64,000 nucleotides of DNA from Chiloscyllium plagiosum (Eukaryota). The stretch covers positions 79,159,678 to 79,223,677 of the forward strand of contig NC_057719.1 of the NCBI RefSeq assembly GCF_004010195.1. The letters are read 5' to 3'. Shown here piece by piece: positions 11,746 to 24,631 of this stretch. The translations under genes were made by a program, and so were the position numbers. The notes under the pieces were generated by a model that did no database searches, was not told the origin of the DNA, and worked only from the letters and a program-made list of their open reading frames with translations. The first letter of the stretch is position 1; each line of letters starts with the position of its first letter.

Positions 11746-13317
11746 TCTCTGGTATGGAACTTGATGGTATGATCTTCTGACTCAGAGTGGTGTTGTGATT
11801 TTAGAGAAAAAGGAACAAGTCTGAAGAATGTTTCCTCTTTTTTTTCAATCAGGAGAGATTGCCTCTCTGTTAATTAGTACCTCCTTGATGCAGGGCAAAT
11901 GAAAGGGATGGGAGAGGAGGGAAATGACAAATACCATATTGTGAATTGCTGTGGGGCGTGAGACTGATCAAAACTAACCTGTGCCCCCAAAGTGGGTTGA
12001 ATTAGCCTGTGGTTTCTGTGATTCTCGTACTGAGGTGCTGCAATAGCAACTGATGCTGGTAATCATTAATGAACAGGGGCATGTGCCTCACATACTTAAG
12101 CTAAATTTTCACTCCTGTTTTCAAACCGTCACTCCATTGACTTGCACCAGCTATATGAAGGAAGGAAATGTTTTTACCGCGGGTGGATTTTCTCCTGTTG
12201 GTTCCTGATGCTCAGTTTGATGAAGAATGGTTGGCAGAGCAATAATTGAGGAGGTTGGTGATCCCTGTGGTATTGCACATCTGTCTGAGCGCAAAGCTCC
12301 AAAGTGAAACAACAAAGCACACGGAGGTTAAATATTGATAACACTTCAAGCTCGTCTGTGTTAATGAGTAATATTTAAATGACATTAGGGTACTTCATGA
12401 AATTTCTACAGCACTTTGAAGGGAAGAGCTTGCTGTTCGTCACTTGATATCGATAGGATGTTCCGTTGTACGTCAGTTTAAAAACTATCATTGTGTAGGA
12501 AACACAACAGTCAATTTGTCGACAACAAAGGCCCGTTACGTAGGTGTTCAGAAAGCAACAACTGGATTTCAATGTAAAAACCTGCTCAGGCTCCAGCTTT
12601 TTGGAATCTATTCAAGAATATAAATTCTAGTTGAAATGACTGTTGCATCTAGGTCTCTCAATGACCTGCGAGTCTGTTAATATTTTTGTCTCATTTACAT
12701 GTTGCTGCAATCATTTTAGTTTACACCTAATACCTTGTGTGTGATGACTATATGCTGACAATCCCTCCGCTGCATTATGGTTGGCTGCATTTGCAGCTTG
12801 ATTCCTTTGAAACAGTTCTAGAGCAATATTCTAATGTAAGATGTCTCTCCTCACCCAGTGAGTCAGAGTCCATGTTAGTCATACAGGAAGTTGTGTCCTA
12901 ATCCGTCTGCCATCTGTTTTGTTTTATAACTTCCCTGTCACTCTGAATACCACTGAATTGTGTGACAGTATGACTCCATTGGTTTGGAAGCCAACTAGTT
13001 TCTTGATCATGGAGGCATGCATTGGCAAACTTACAATCAAATCCTATCCCAGCATGAATGCATGTGTACTTCCCGCTGGGGTTGATGTCCGGGGGCCAAT
13101 TTTGGTGCTCCTAGGCTATGGAGTTAAGAGTAAGCTTGCCTTCCATACTTGGTTGTATCAAATTGCAACATTAGTTCAAGATGGCAGCTCACCACCTGCA
13201 GAGTCCTACAAGAAATGTGTAGTAAATGTTGGTTTACCAATGATGCCCACATTACTGAGAGAGAGCAAAGAAGTATCATACTGGTGAAGGAGCCCATATT
13301 CAGAGCAAAATGTATAA

Positions 13318-13463
13318 AGTATAACCTGGATAATCCGAATTTCGGATTATCTGAACAAGATCTCGAGGTCCCGATGCTTGGGTAAACTGTTATCCGAACA
13401 TTTGATTATCCGAACAAAATATCCCCTGCCCGTGTTGTTCGGATAATCAAGGTTGCCCTGTAA
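13318..13463. mobile_element. Tc1/mariner (Tigger-like) MITE fragment
   Basis: Repeated ttatccgaac/ttcggataat subterminal motifs ending ..gccctg|ta. A related end lies at ~55965-56004. Confidence 0.55.
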
Positions 13464-13904
13464 TTCTAAAGGATTAGAATTAAAAAGCAGAGTTGTTATC
13501 TTCAACTCGTACAAGTCTTGGTTATCAAACCACTACAAGTACTGTGCCTGATTCTGACTTTGATTCTGCAAAGATATAGAGGAAGAAAAGAAATCCCAAA
13601 GTGGTATTAGAATTGAGTTCACAAAAACAGAAACTATTGAGTAAGTTGGATATCTTTTCCTTGAGGAAAACAGGAGACTAAGAATTGGTTTGATACAGAT
13701 GTTAACATTACGCGGGAGTTTGATAGGGGAGGTACAGAGAAAATACTTTCATTTGTGAATGAGACCATAAACTTAAGGATAATTCATAAATTCAAGGATC
13801 CTTCCCTGAAAAACATTTTTACCTGGAAGTTGATTGGAATGTGAAATACGCACTCGTAAATTCATAACACATAGGTCCATCAAGCCTAGTCGGTCATTTG
13901 ATAA

Positions 13905-14205
13905 GATTGGATTCCCGACAGTGTAGAAACAGGCCCTTCGGCCCAATGAGTCCACGTTTCTCCCCCCACCTCTCCGAAAAGCAACCTACCCTGATTAGTG
14001 CACCTATCACTATGGGCATTTTAGCACATCCAATTCACCTGACCTGCACATCTTTGGATTGTGGGAGGAAACCGGAACACCCGCAGGAAACCCTCACAGA
14101 CACTGGGAGAATGTGCAAACTCCGCACGGACAATTGCCTGAGGTGGGAATTGAACCCGGGTCCCTGGTGCTGTGAGGCAGCAGTGCTAACCACTAAACCA
14201 CCGTG
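13905..14205 (-). mobile_element. V-SINE copy
   Basis: Reverse-complement head, B box and central domain. Confidence 0.85.
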
Positions 14206-16313
14206 TCGTGGAGTTGATCTAATTCTGACCAAGTTCCATTCTCCTTTTTGTTTTCCCCTAACCATTCATTCCCTTGTTGATCAAGCATTTGTCTACCTCA
14301 TCCTCGAACATGTTCAGTGACTCCACTGCTCCCTCTGGGTGAGAAAACTGTTTAGACTAACAGCCATTTGAGAAAAAACATTCAGGCCTATCTTTTTCTT
14401 AAAAAAGAACACCCTTTATTTTGAAGCTATGCCCCCACTTCACTATTCCTCTCAGCACCACATTGTCAAGCCCCCTCAGAATCTTTTATGTTTCATTGGG
14501 ATCAGGCAGTGACCAAGGTCTATCATGTTTCAGGAAATGCTGTAAAAGTATGCGAGAGAGATAAGAGTAGAAAGAAAGGTTTTCATTTTCATAACCCCTT
14601 TGCTGACCTTGGCTATCTCAAAGGACATGATGGCCAGTCATGTTCTTTTTAAATGCAGTTTGTGAATAACAAAGTCACATGACACCAGGTTATCGTCCAA
14701 CATGTTTATGTGAACTCAAGTTTTCAAAGCGCTGTTCCCTCAAGGGAAAATTCAAATTGTGATTTCAAATAAACCTGTTGGACTATAACCTGGAGTCTTA
14801 TGACTTTGGACTTTGTCCACCCTGGTCCATCTTGTATGTAGTAAGACCTCTCCCAAATACAAGGAGAAGAGCAAATCTGTTCTAGAGATGTTGTTCGTGT
14901 GCGAGTATTAACCAGAATCCCAGGAATCGTGCCCATAAGATCTTGCAAGTGTCCCTGAGGAAACAGACGACAGGGCTACAATTTAATGTCTCACTTTGAA
15001 GAGGGCACCTCTGGCAGTGTGGCATTTCCTCAGCGCTGTCGCAGAGTGTCAGTTTGGTTATAAGCTCAGCTTTCTCTCTCAGGTGGGATCTAAAGCTGTG
15101 ACAACTGACTCAGAAACAAGAACACTGCCACTGAGCGACAGCAGATGGTGTTCGAAATGTTATTTAAGTGAGTGGGAGAAGACTTAGTGTACATAAGATG
15201 AGTTGGGTCAAATAGCCTGTTTTTGTGCAGTTCTGTACGTGTCTGCGAGCATGATGGTTTGAATTGGACTACAGTCTACTGCGCAGATCTGCTCCTCTGC
15301 ACCTTTTCAGGTCATGACCTAACCTTCAGTTCTGCCCAGTTTTCCAGCTGATTGTTTGCAGAGTCAGCCAACTTTGGTCATCACTGACATAGGCTGGAAT
15401 CAGAAAAGTAAGCTCTCTTTTGAGTTAACGTATGATCATGGAATTGATGTCCAGGGCAGACAGAGGTAATGGGATGGAAGTCAACATAAATAAAATAACA
15501 AGGTTGAACTACTCAGGTGCTCGTGGACAGAGAAACACTCAACAATTCAGATCAACGACCTTTCATTAGAATTGGGAGCGTTTAAATTGAGGTGCAGATA
15601 TTTGCAGCAGATTGTGGCAGTTTTCCACCCATGTTTGCCACTTCATCTAGAAAGATCTGACAGTCACTTAATTATTCTGAGGCTGTTTTGTTTTTTTTGC
15701 AGGACCTGTAAGTCTCTCCCATCTTTGGTTGACTATGTGAAGGAAAGCCACTGCCCCCTCCCCACTCTAAATCTGCCTTTGCCAGTTTGATCTGGTGTCC
15801 ACACCTTATCATCAGCGAACATGTGCATTCACCTAGCACCTTTTTTTAAAGTAGTAACAACATTCCAAAGCATATGGGAGCTTAGTCGTACAAGTTTGAC
15901 ATCAGACCATGGAAGGAGATGTTAGAGAGGGTGATCAGAAACTGTGTGGAAAAGGAAGGTTGCAAGGTGCACGTTTGAATAGAGAAAGCTGGAGAGGCTT
16001 AAGACTAGATTAATTGTGAAACTGGGCAGCATGGGTAGGTTGGGCCAACGGGCCCGTTTCCTTGCTGTAGACCTCTCTGACTCTAAGTGACTTCCAGAGG
16101 TTAGGACCTCAGAAGTCCGAGCATGATCAACCGTGATAGGGCAAAGAAAATTTGAGGATGTGCAAGAGACCAAAGTTACTGAATTTCTATAGTCTGCATG
16201 TGAGTGTGTTAATATCACTGTGATTTGTTTGCTGTAAGCGGTGGATAGTGTGAAAGAGAACTTTTTTTACACAAAAGGGTGGAGGAGCTCATTTTGTCTG
16301 AAGCATGTCCTGA

Positions 16314-16875
16314 CGTTGATTAAAGTGCATTCAGGGGTCAGGGTCTCCAATCTTGAATACCTGACAGCTGAGATACCAGAGCTTGAGGGGTATAATTATA
16401 ACATTTAAAAGGTGTTTAGATAGATGAGTGAATAGGAAGGGTTTGGAGGGATATGGGCCAGGAGTAGGCAGGTGGGACTAGTTTAGTTTGGGATTATGTT
16501 CGGCATGGCCTGATTAGGCTGAAGGGTCTGTTTCCGTGGCTGAGTGACATGAGATGAGAAAGAGCTGACCATTATTTACCCTTTCATTCTCCCCGTGTCT
16601 GCGCGTTGATTAAAGTGCATTCAGGGGTCAGGGTCTCCAATCTTGAATACCTGACAGCTGAGATACCAGAGCTTGAGGGGTATAATTACAACATTTAAAA
16701 GGTGTTTAGATAGATGAGTAAATAGAAAGGGTTTGGAGGGATATGGGCCAGGAGTAGGCAGGTGGGACTAGTTTAGTTTGGGATTATGTTCGGCATGGCC
16801 TGATTAGGCTGAAGGGTCTGTTTCCGTGGCTGAGTGACATGAGATGAGAAGGAGCTGACCATTATTTACCCTTTC
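16314..16875. repeat. Tandem duplication of 272 bp with an 18-nt spacer
   Basis: 16314-16585 versus 16604-16875, four substitutions seen. Confidence 0.95.
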
Positions 16876-19800
16876 TTTAAGTCCTCCCACCCCTTTTCTC
16901 CTCTCCCAGTTCTGCCTCACCCTACTGCTGCCTGCAGAGTGATACCTAAGCTTGACAGGTTAATGTGAAAGCTGGGCAACAATGTAAATGCTGGAGACGT
17001 CGATTCTCCTGCTCCTCGGATGCTGCCTGACCTGCTGTGCCTTTCCAGTACTGATCTCCAGCAACTGCAGTCCTCACTTTCTCCCAACAGTGGCAGGAAG
17101 ACCTTCAATTTGCAGAAATCTTGAAAGGGTTAATGCCTCATTGCTATGGAAAATGGGCTTTCCTTATGGTCCCAGTAGCTGCTTGAACTACTTGATGTAA
17201 CCAGTAGGTTATCACACAAAGTATAAAGGTCTCTTGTGATACAATGGTACTGTCCCTACCTTTGAGCCCAAGAGACCAGGGTTCATGTCCCACCTGCTCC
17301 AGAATAGCATTGAAAATATATATAACCAATAGGCTGCCTGCAGTGGTTATACAGTAGAAGTGATGGTAATTTCACTTGATTTTTTTTTGTTTTGATTTAT
17401 TATTGTCACATGTACCTAGGTACAGTGAAAAGTTTGTTTTGCGTACAATTCAGGCAAATCATTCCACGCTGTGCATTAGGGCAATAGAACAGAGCAAGAA
17501 ATACAATGTTACAGTGGCAGAGAAAGGACACATAGAGCGAGGACAACATTAAATTTAATATTTGCAAGGTCCACTCAGAATTGTAAAAACAGCAGGGAAG
17601 AAGTTGTTTGTGAATTTGTTGGTACCATGCCTCAGAGATTTTGAAGCCGTTAATCCCCCACTCCTTGCTGATGTTAAAGGACGGTCTTATCCCTCTCTGT
17701 AAAGCTGGAATATTTCCTTCTGTCCCCGTAACCAGGTCTTGTTTGAGGATAAGCACATGTTCTAACTAGGCCATTGTATACTCTGACTTCCATTCACTCC
17801 TACTGTAAAGTACCCTATTCACTGTAAAGCTCAGCTTTTAATTTGCTGTAGTGGTTGCAGTGGCTCAATGAATTAAAAATATTGTTCAATGTATCTGCAA
17901 AGACCTCTTAATCGCTTCACCTTTAGCTTCTTTGACCCATTTTTAATGCAATTATTAAAATGCAGAAATGTTATTTTATTGCGGTCAGACTTTGTGCTTC
18001 TATCCAACTCTTGACTTGACCTCCAGATAAATAGCATTCATGACTTAAAACCAGGTAGATGAGTTAACAGTACAAATCATCACAAATGAGTAAATGGTCA
18101 TTGGATAAACAAATGGATGAAAATGGAATTGTGTAGGATAGATGGGCTTCAGATTGGTTCTACAGCTCGGCGCAACATCGAGGGCCAAAGGGCCTGTACT
18201 GCGCTGTAATGTTCTATAACCTGTACATTCTCAGATGTAAGAAGTGAGAGTGCAAATATTGAGTGACATTTACCTATTTGTTGAGGTCTTTTGTGGCAGC
18301 AATACACCAGGTTATCTTGTTTACTTGTAAAGGTGTCGCAAGCAAGTGGTATATTAGTCAGGCTAAACACAGGCTTTAATTGAATTTCAGATCAATAAGT
18401 TACAAAGAATCAAAGAATCTGTAGCGGTGCAGTCTTTGACTTGAGCTGTGCTTGGTCTTCTCTGAAACTAGGTGACATAGAGCAAACTATTAATCCTGTA
18501 ACTTTTAACAGGACCCTCTTCACCAGTGCCATATGAAAATGGGCGACTGAATAGGAACTGCAGGTATAAGGAATGGCAGCACCTTTATCCAGTTCTATAA
18601 GCAGTGTTCTATTTGGCACTGTTAGAATGCGAACAGATTTCCAACCACGTGGGTGGCTTCTGTTTAGATGTGTCATGTTTTGAACATCACCCGGGCAGTG
18701 CAGCTCTGTGCGTGCACTCTTATTGAGTGCCACAAGTTTACAGGGATTAAAATTTTCAAATTCATGAGAAAATCTCTGGCGTAGTCTACTTTCTCAAAGG
18801 CAGACGTAGGAACAAGTTTACATAGTGAGTGACTCAACAGCTGTTACCTTTTATCTTTCTGCCTAAAGGAACATATGGGTTATTTTGAGATGGCAGAGTG
18901 TCAAATTCCTGCTTTTAAATTTACAATATTTGCCCGATTTAAGGCCATATATGAAGAAACTACACCAGGTTTTGGTTTCCTTTTTGAAACACTATCTGAT
19001 TTCCCAAAACTGCATGTCTGAATTCCTCACTGACCATGGTTGGGTCCCCAGACCAGCATTACCTCAATTTGAAAGTTCTCATCCTTTGTTCTCGAACCTC
19101 TTCATCATGCCCTCCTCTCTGTGTCATCTCCTGAAGCCCTTCGTTTTCCAATTCGGACTTCTTGTGTATCCTTGACTTTAATTACCTTGCCATAAGCGAA
19201 TAAAAAAAAAAGTATGTGGCAGTGTCTTTAGCTGCCCAGGGCTAAGCTATGGGATTCCATCCCTAAACCATTCTATCCCATTACACCGCTCTCTTTTCTT
19301 CAAAATGGTCTTTAAAACCCATCAGCTTAACTAAGCTTTTTGTCATCGATTTGTAATATCTCCATACCTCCAGTGTTGTACTTTGTTTTATGTTGTTACT
19401 GCTCAAGCATCTTGGGACATATCTTTCTGTTAAAGAAATGATATCAATAAGCGTCATTGCTTCTGTTGGTTGAGTTATTTTTCTTCCTTTATTGTCTGCC
19501 AATTTTGTTCTCCCCTTTTTCTTTCTTTTACCCTCTCTCTTTCTCTGTTTCCCCTATCTTCTTCTCCCCATCCTGATCCTCGCTTTACTGGTGGCTCAGT
19601 GACCAGTTTCAAACATACAATGATGCAGAATGCAGAGTCCCCAGAATATTTGATGCCTTTATACTTTGCAGACTAATTGCATGCTCTCACTTTTGAAATT
19701 CTTGAAAGCCAATGAGGTCGCCACCTGTACACCAAAATCAGAAAAGACCTTGCAGATTTCCCATGCTGCTGTTGGGTTGGCTGAGCTACTGAAGGAACAG

Positions 19801-20040
19801 AGCCACATTCTGCGTGCTTTGAGATTTCCACTCTGCTTTCCTGGGTCAGTCTCGACAGGATATAGTTGGCCCAAGACAATGTACTAAAGGTAATAGGTGC
19901 ATCAACTAAACCTCACTGTCAAACTCCATACAAATGTAGTTCAAAGCTATCTGCCAGTAGAGTTTAGTTTGAGTTTGAACTTGGGGTTGGACTCAGACTG
20001 TCAATATCTACAAGATTGTTTTCACCCTCCCACATTCATT

Positions 20041-20378
20041 GGGCAGCACGGTGGCTCAGTGGTTAGCACTGCTGCCCCACAGTGCCAGGGACCCAGGTTT
20101 GATTACACCCTCAAGCGACTGTCTGTGTGGAGTTTGTACATTCTCCCCATGTCTGTGTGGGTTTCCTCTGGGTGCTCCAGTTTGCTCCCACAAACTGGAG
20201 CACCCAGGTTAGATGAACTGGCCATGCTAACTTGCCCATAGTGTTCAGGGATGTGCAGGTGAGGTGCATTATTTAGGGGTAAATGTCGAGTAATGCGATA
20301 GGGGAATGGGTCTCTTCGGAGGGTCATTTGTGGATTTGTTGGGCCAAATGGCCTGTTTCTACACTGTAGGGATTCTAT
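20041..20378 (+). mobile_element. V-SINE copy
   Basis: gggcagcacggtggctcagtggttagcactgctg head through the ctgtagggattcta tail. Confidence 0.85.
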
Positions 20379-20489
20379 AATTCTGTGAAAAAGACTGTTC
20401 TCTCTGCAGCACCCTGGTCCACTCCGCTTTTACTCTCAAAATCCACCTCCTTTCCGTAGGCTGAATGTTATTTAAACAGAGAAAGACTG

Positions 20490-21200
20490 CAGAAAGCTGC
20501 AGCACAGAGGGACTTGTGAGTCCTTGGGCATAAAGCACAGAGAGCAAGCATCCAAGTTCAGCAGGTAACAGGGAAAGCAAATGGAATGTTGACTTTTATT
20601 TCAAAGAGAATGGAATACAAAAGATAGAATACCGTTGCTAAGGCAATACAAACCACTCGTCAAACCACAGTTAGAATACCGTGGATAGTTTTGACCACCT
20701 TTATCTAAGAAATGATAGACTGGAATTAGAGGCAGCCCAGAGAAGGTTCACAACATTGATCCTGGGTGTGGAAGGAATGTCTTACTGAGTAGATGAAGCT
20801 AGTACTCATTTGAGGTTAGAATGATAGGAAATCCTATTGGAACATGCAGCATTGTTTAGGGGCTTGTCCGGGTAGATGTGGAGAGGTTATTTCTCCTTGT
20901 GGGAGAGTCTAGGACCAGACGGCATAATTTCAAAGTAAGGGGTCACCCATTTTAAGAAGCAAAAGGAGGAACCTTTCCTAAGGGTAGTGAAACTGTGTGG
21001 AATTCTTTTAATGTAGAGAGCTGTCGAGATGGTTGCATTAAATATATTCAAGGCTGAGAGAGATTCCTGAACAGTAAGGGAATTGAGGTTGATGGGGATA
21101 AGGCAGGAAAGTAGAGTTGAGGATTATCAAATCCGCTCTGATTTAATTGAATGGCAGAGCAGACTCGAATGGTCTACTTCTGCCTCTCTGTCTCATGATC
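20490..21200 (+). mobile_element. Decayed CR1 3' fragment
   Basis: gagggacttg..., aaaccacagttagaatac..., cagagaaggttcac... and CR1 3' UTR-like end. Confidence 0.7.
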
Positions 21201-22077
21201 TGTTGGTATTTCCTGTGTAGGTGATGCGACGCTGCATATTTATCTCTTCTCATCCTCCAGGGCCTTAATCACTCTTTCCAGGATAAACAATGAGTCTCTT
21301 ATGCTTTTTATTTTGTATCCTGAATCCACTGCTCACAATGTGGTGTCCTCCATTTGTATAGGGTCTGAAAGGGTTCATGCTTAAGCGCTCCAAAAGCACT
21401 GTGTATTTTGTCTCTTTGCTTGGCCCGTTACCATTATAAGGTCACCCCAGTAGTTTGCTCCAATTAAAGGGGAAGGTAGCAGCAAACACCAGCATGAATA
21501 GTGGTTTGTAAAGTGTGCAGCGTTGTCCTAACTATACATCACCGTTAAGGTGGGGATCCCAACTGTAGATTGCAATACAGCTTTCCAGAACACCTTTCAT
21601 CAGTCTGCAGATGTGACCTCAAGTTTCCATGCATCTGTGATTTTCGCACCCTGCTTCCTATCGCTTTGATCTCTGTCTTCGGTCACTTACAGTCACGCTC
21701 AATGTAAGGGAGGGATTTTCCAGCAATCCGGATTCAGTCCCATTCAATAATTTCAGCTTGTAACCACTGCTACTGTTTCTGTTTTTGGATAGTAGCAATT
21801 TCTGGTGATTTTGCTACTTCCATCAATATCTCCTGTATACACAGGGGTTGATTTAGTCCAGTGGAAGTGGGACCCCACCTACCCCATTTGGAGAATTGGT
21901 GGGAAACTGACATTACAGCAGTAAATGTTGTTTGGCTAGTCAAGATTCCCTTCTCCCCTGGAATTTAATCTCCAGAAGTGGGGAACACTGTCTACATAGA
22001 TCTGCCAAGCCAGTAGTGTGGGATCACTGTCGGCAGTGGGCTCCATGTTGTCCAGCTCATCTTTTTTTGTCACTTTG

Positions 22078-22905
22078 TGTAATGATACTGCCCCTTCAAC
22101 AAAGTTATGTTGTCCTTAGTTTTTTTTTCAAGAAAGGTTCTAAAAGTCAGAGGTTTCGATTTGTCTGGAGTTGGGAGATTTTGCCCATGGCGAACAGGTA
22201 CTGCCCAAGACAACCAGAGAAAAGGCTTTAAGGGTTTTATTTTGAAACAGTTGTACGATGAAAGGGGAGTGGCCAGTCCTACCAGCTCAGCGATTTTTTC
22301 TCTCGTTTAATTTGGTTTCGCTGGAAACGGCTTCAGCGGAAAGAGGTTCCATGATTCAGTAAATGATCCCTGGCTGATTTTTCTCACTCTCGCTCTCGCT
22401 CTCATACCTCTCCTGTAAGAACCTGTCATAAAGATGTACAGCACGGAAACAGACCATTTGGTCCAATTCGTCCATACTGACCAGATATCTCAACCATAAT
22501 CTACTCCCATTTGTCAGCACTTGGCCCATATCCCTCTCAACTCTTCCTATTCATGTACCATCATCCACATGCCTTTTAGATGTTATAATTGTGCTATCCT
22601 TGAATTTACCTTTTTTGCCAAGGTGTTTATGAGAATGTTGCAGGAAACCAGAAGAGGTCCTTTGTGAAGTTGCAGGGTATCATGTCGGTTGGCTTTTCAG
22701 CTAGCTGTTGTTCTAAATCCTGTTTGTGCTTTATTCAGGAGCTTTTTTTAAAAAAAAAAATCTGTTTTACTGGAAACCAAGTGGTTTGACCAGCTCCATC
22801 ACTCCTGGAATATCCATCTTGCATCTGCCTAAAACAACTAAAATAGTTAGGGTCTGGGCTACCTTCTTAAAATGTTTTCATGGGGTCTGGCCTGGTCTTC
22901 TGTAT
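22078..22905 (+). mobile_element. Possible solo LTR interrupted by a CR1 fragment
   Basis: Starts TGTAATGA, similar to the terminus of the 54769 element. No clean CA end or TSD found. Confidence 0.35.
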
Positions 22906-23844
22906 GCCCCATTAACATCTCAATGTCACCCTCTTTACCATATAAAATATCACCTACCTTCCGCCCGGCTATAGACCTTCGACTTTATTCGGAACATAGG
23001 GATAGGAGTAGGCCATTCAGCCCATCGAGTCTGCACCCCAGCCTCCCCATTTAATATGATCACGGCTGATCAAATACTTCATTGCTTTTTACTCATCCCA
23101 ACCCTATAACCCTATGTGCCGTTGGTAATCAGAAATGTTTCAATTTCTTCTTTCCATATACTGAAAGACTGAGTTTTCACAGTTCTGTGATAGAGAAGTC
23201 CAAAGGTTCTCAGGCCTCAGAGTAAAATCCTATTTCCTCATCCTGGGCCCAAGTGGTGTCTCTCTCTTTTTAAATTGTGACCTCTTGTTCTAGACTCCAC
23301 AACATCTTAGCTGTAACTGCCCTGTCTAGCACTCAAAGTATTCTGTACATTTTAATGAGATGACCTCTCATTCTTCGAAACGCTAGCACCATACAGATCC
23401 CAGTTTGCCCCACCTCTTTGTAGGAGAATCCCAACATTCCAGGAACACGTCTGGTAAGCCTTTGTTTCCCTCTTGCTCTTTGGCAATTGTGTTTTCCTGA
23501 AAAACTCTCTCTCTTATCTATCCCTAACATCTCTCTCATCCCCCATACCCATACTTAACACTGTTTAAGACCATAATTCCGTAGAAGCAGAAATTAAGCC
23601 ATTCGGCCCATCATATCTGCTCTGCAGTTTGATCATAGCTGATAGGTTTCTCAACACCATTTTCTCACTTTCTCCCCATAACCTTTGATCCCTTTGGCAA
23701 TCAAAACTTATCTATTTCCATCTTAAATATACTCAATGACCTGGCCTCCACAAGCCCTCTGGCGATGAATTCCACAAATTCCCCACTCTCCAGCTAAAGA
23801 AGTTTTTCCTTGTCTCTGTTCTCAATGGTCTTCCCTTTACTGAA

Positions 23845-24631
23845 AATGTGTTGCTAGAAAAGCGCAGCAGGTCAGGCAGCATCCAAGGAGCAGGAGAATC
23901 GACGTTTCGGGCATGAGCCCTTCTTCAGGAATGAGGTAAGTGTGCCAAGCAGGCTAAGATAAAAGGTACGGAGGAGGGACTTGGGGGAGGGGCATTGGAA
24001 ATGCAGTAGGTGGGAGGAGGTTAAGGTGAGGGTAATAGGCCGGAGTGGGGGTGGGGGCGAAGAGNNNNNNNNNNNNNNNNNNNNNNNNNNNNNNNNNNNN
24101 NNNNNNNNNNNNNNNNNNNNNNNNNNNNNNNNNNNNNNNNNNNNNNNNNNNNNNNNNNNNNNNNNNNNNNNNNNNNNNNNNNNNNNNNNNNNNNNNNNNN
24201 NNNNNNNNNNNNNNNNNNNNNNNNNNNNNNNNNNNNNNNNNNNNNNNNNNNNNNNNNNNNNNNNNNNNNNNNNNNNNNNNNNNNNNNNNNNNNNNNNNNN
24301 NNNNNNNNNNNNNNNNNNNNNNNNNNNNNNNNNNNNNNNNNNNNNNNNNNNNNNNNNNNNNNNNNNNNNNNNNNNNTCATGGAGGGAGTGGTCTTTTTGG
24401 AACGCTGATCGGGGAGGGGAGTGAAATATATCCCTGGTGGTGGGGTCCATTTGGAGGTGGCAGAAATGACGACGGATGAAACGATGTATATGGAGGTTGG
24501 TGGGGTGGTAGGTGAGGACCAATGGGGTTCTGTCCTGGTGGCGATTGGAGGAGCGGGGCTCAAGGGCGGAGGAGCGGGAAGTGGAGGAGATGCGGTGGAG
24601 AGCATCGCCGATCACTTCTGGGGGGAAATTG
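23845..24631 (-). mobile_element. Penelope-like element 3' fragment with pLTR, spanning a gap
   Basis: RTPLVLTYHPTNLHI..IRRHF.HLQ.DP.TRDIF..PP.SAF.KDHSL linker. Same terminal sequence as the 38555 element. Confidence 0.82.
23895..23933 (-). ncRNA. Minimal (PLE-type) hammerhead ribozyme motif
   Basis: Minus strand reads CATTC-CTGAAGA-A-GGGC-TCAT-GCCC-GAAA-C-GTC-GATTC: intact CUGANGA/GAAA core, 4-bp helix II and a GUC site within palindromic ACGT. Confidence 0.7.
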
